Positions 16,275 through 16,616 of a DNA stretch of 16,616 bases are shown here, one piece after another. Each line of letters starts with the position of its first letter. The first letter of the stretch is position 1. Made by a program: the position numbers and the translations under genes. The stretch is from Candidatus Bathyarchaeia archaeon (GTDB lineage Archaea; Thermoproteota; Bathyarchaeia; Bathyarchaeales; Bathycorpusculaceae). Below the pieces are notes generated by a model. It was not told where the DNA came from, searched no databases, and was given only the letters and a program-made list of their open reading frames with translations. The DNA lies in NCBI GenBank assembly GCA_038883795.1, contig JAVZLK010000035.1, positions 1 through 16,616 of the forward strand, read 5' to 3'.

Positions 16275-16616
16275 ATATTACAGACCAGCGCCCTCATACT
16301 TATTTTCTTTTTCTAAGCCAAGATTTTGGGGTTATGGTTGTGCTGTTATGCTTTTACAAAACACTAGCCATCTTAGTTTTTCGGAGCGACTTGAAGCATC
16401 TTCGTGTTGCGGGTTTTAACGTTGACATTCGTCCTGCCAGCACATAGTCAAATTTAGGCCGCTGTGGCATTTAAATTGAGTACCCTCTCTAGGTTTGTCT
16501 CATTATGTGGCCAGAAAATATGCTTTTGGCTTCTGTGGAAAATGGGCTTTCAAGGGCTTTATTTTCCCTACCCCCTCCTCTCTATGTTTAGTTGAAAAAG
16601 CAACAACTTCAAAACC

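Noticed and set aside
16150-16419. 89-aa ORF
   Set aside because: It spans the att site and reads through the tRNA fragment antisense.

Overview
Archaeal DNA, most likely Bathyarchaeia. This is an inference from the dockerin-like C-terminal domains with an 'AFGS..PRW..AD.N.D' signature, the Zn-ribbon integrases and the GGAGGTG ribosome-binding sites. The window is centred on one intact tRNA-Pro(GGG) gene (10898..10976, minus strand) that carries an integrated element at each end. Element A (305..10924) is bounded by a 27-bp duplication of the tRNA 3' end (T-arm to CCA). Element B (10953..16274) is bounded by a 25-bp duplication of the tRNA 5' end (acceptor stem to D-loop). Their homologous Zn-ribbon tyrosine integrase genes both point into the tRNA, and their far ends share a 24-25 bp motif in inverted orientation, so the two elements are mirror-image relatives. 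A carries a frameshifted integrase, an AbrB/ParB/wHTH backbone operon, an excisionase-like HTH gene, three dockerin-tagged secreted proteins (including an orphan ABC substrate-binding protein) and a probable Cas1 C-terminal remnant next to a G-quadruplex/GCTC repeat. B carries an intact integrase, wHTH and RHH regulators, a 12-bp-period repeat array and a methyltransferase plus PD-(D/E)xK nuclease pair. Sequence to the right of B may be a third, deleted relative. All family calls come from reading motifs by eye; no database searches were run.
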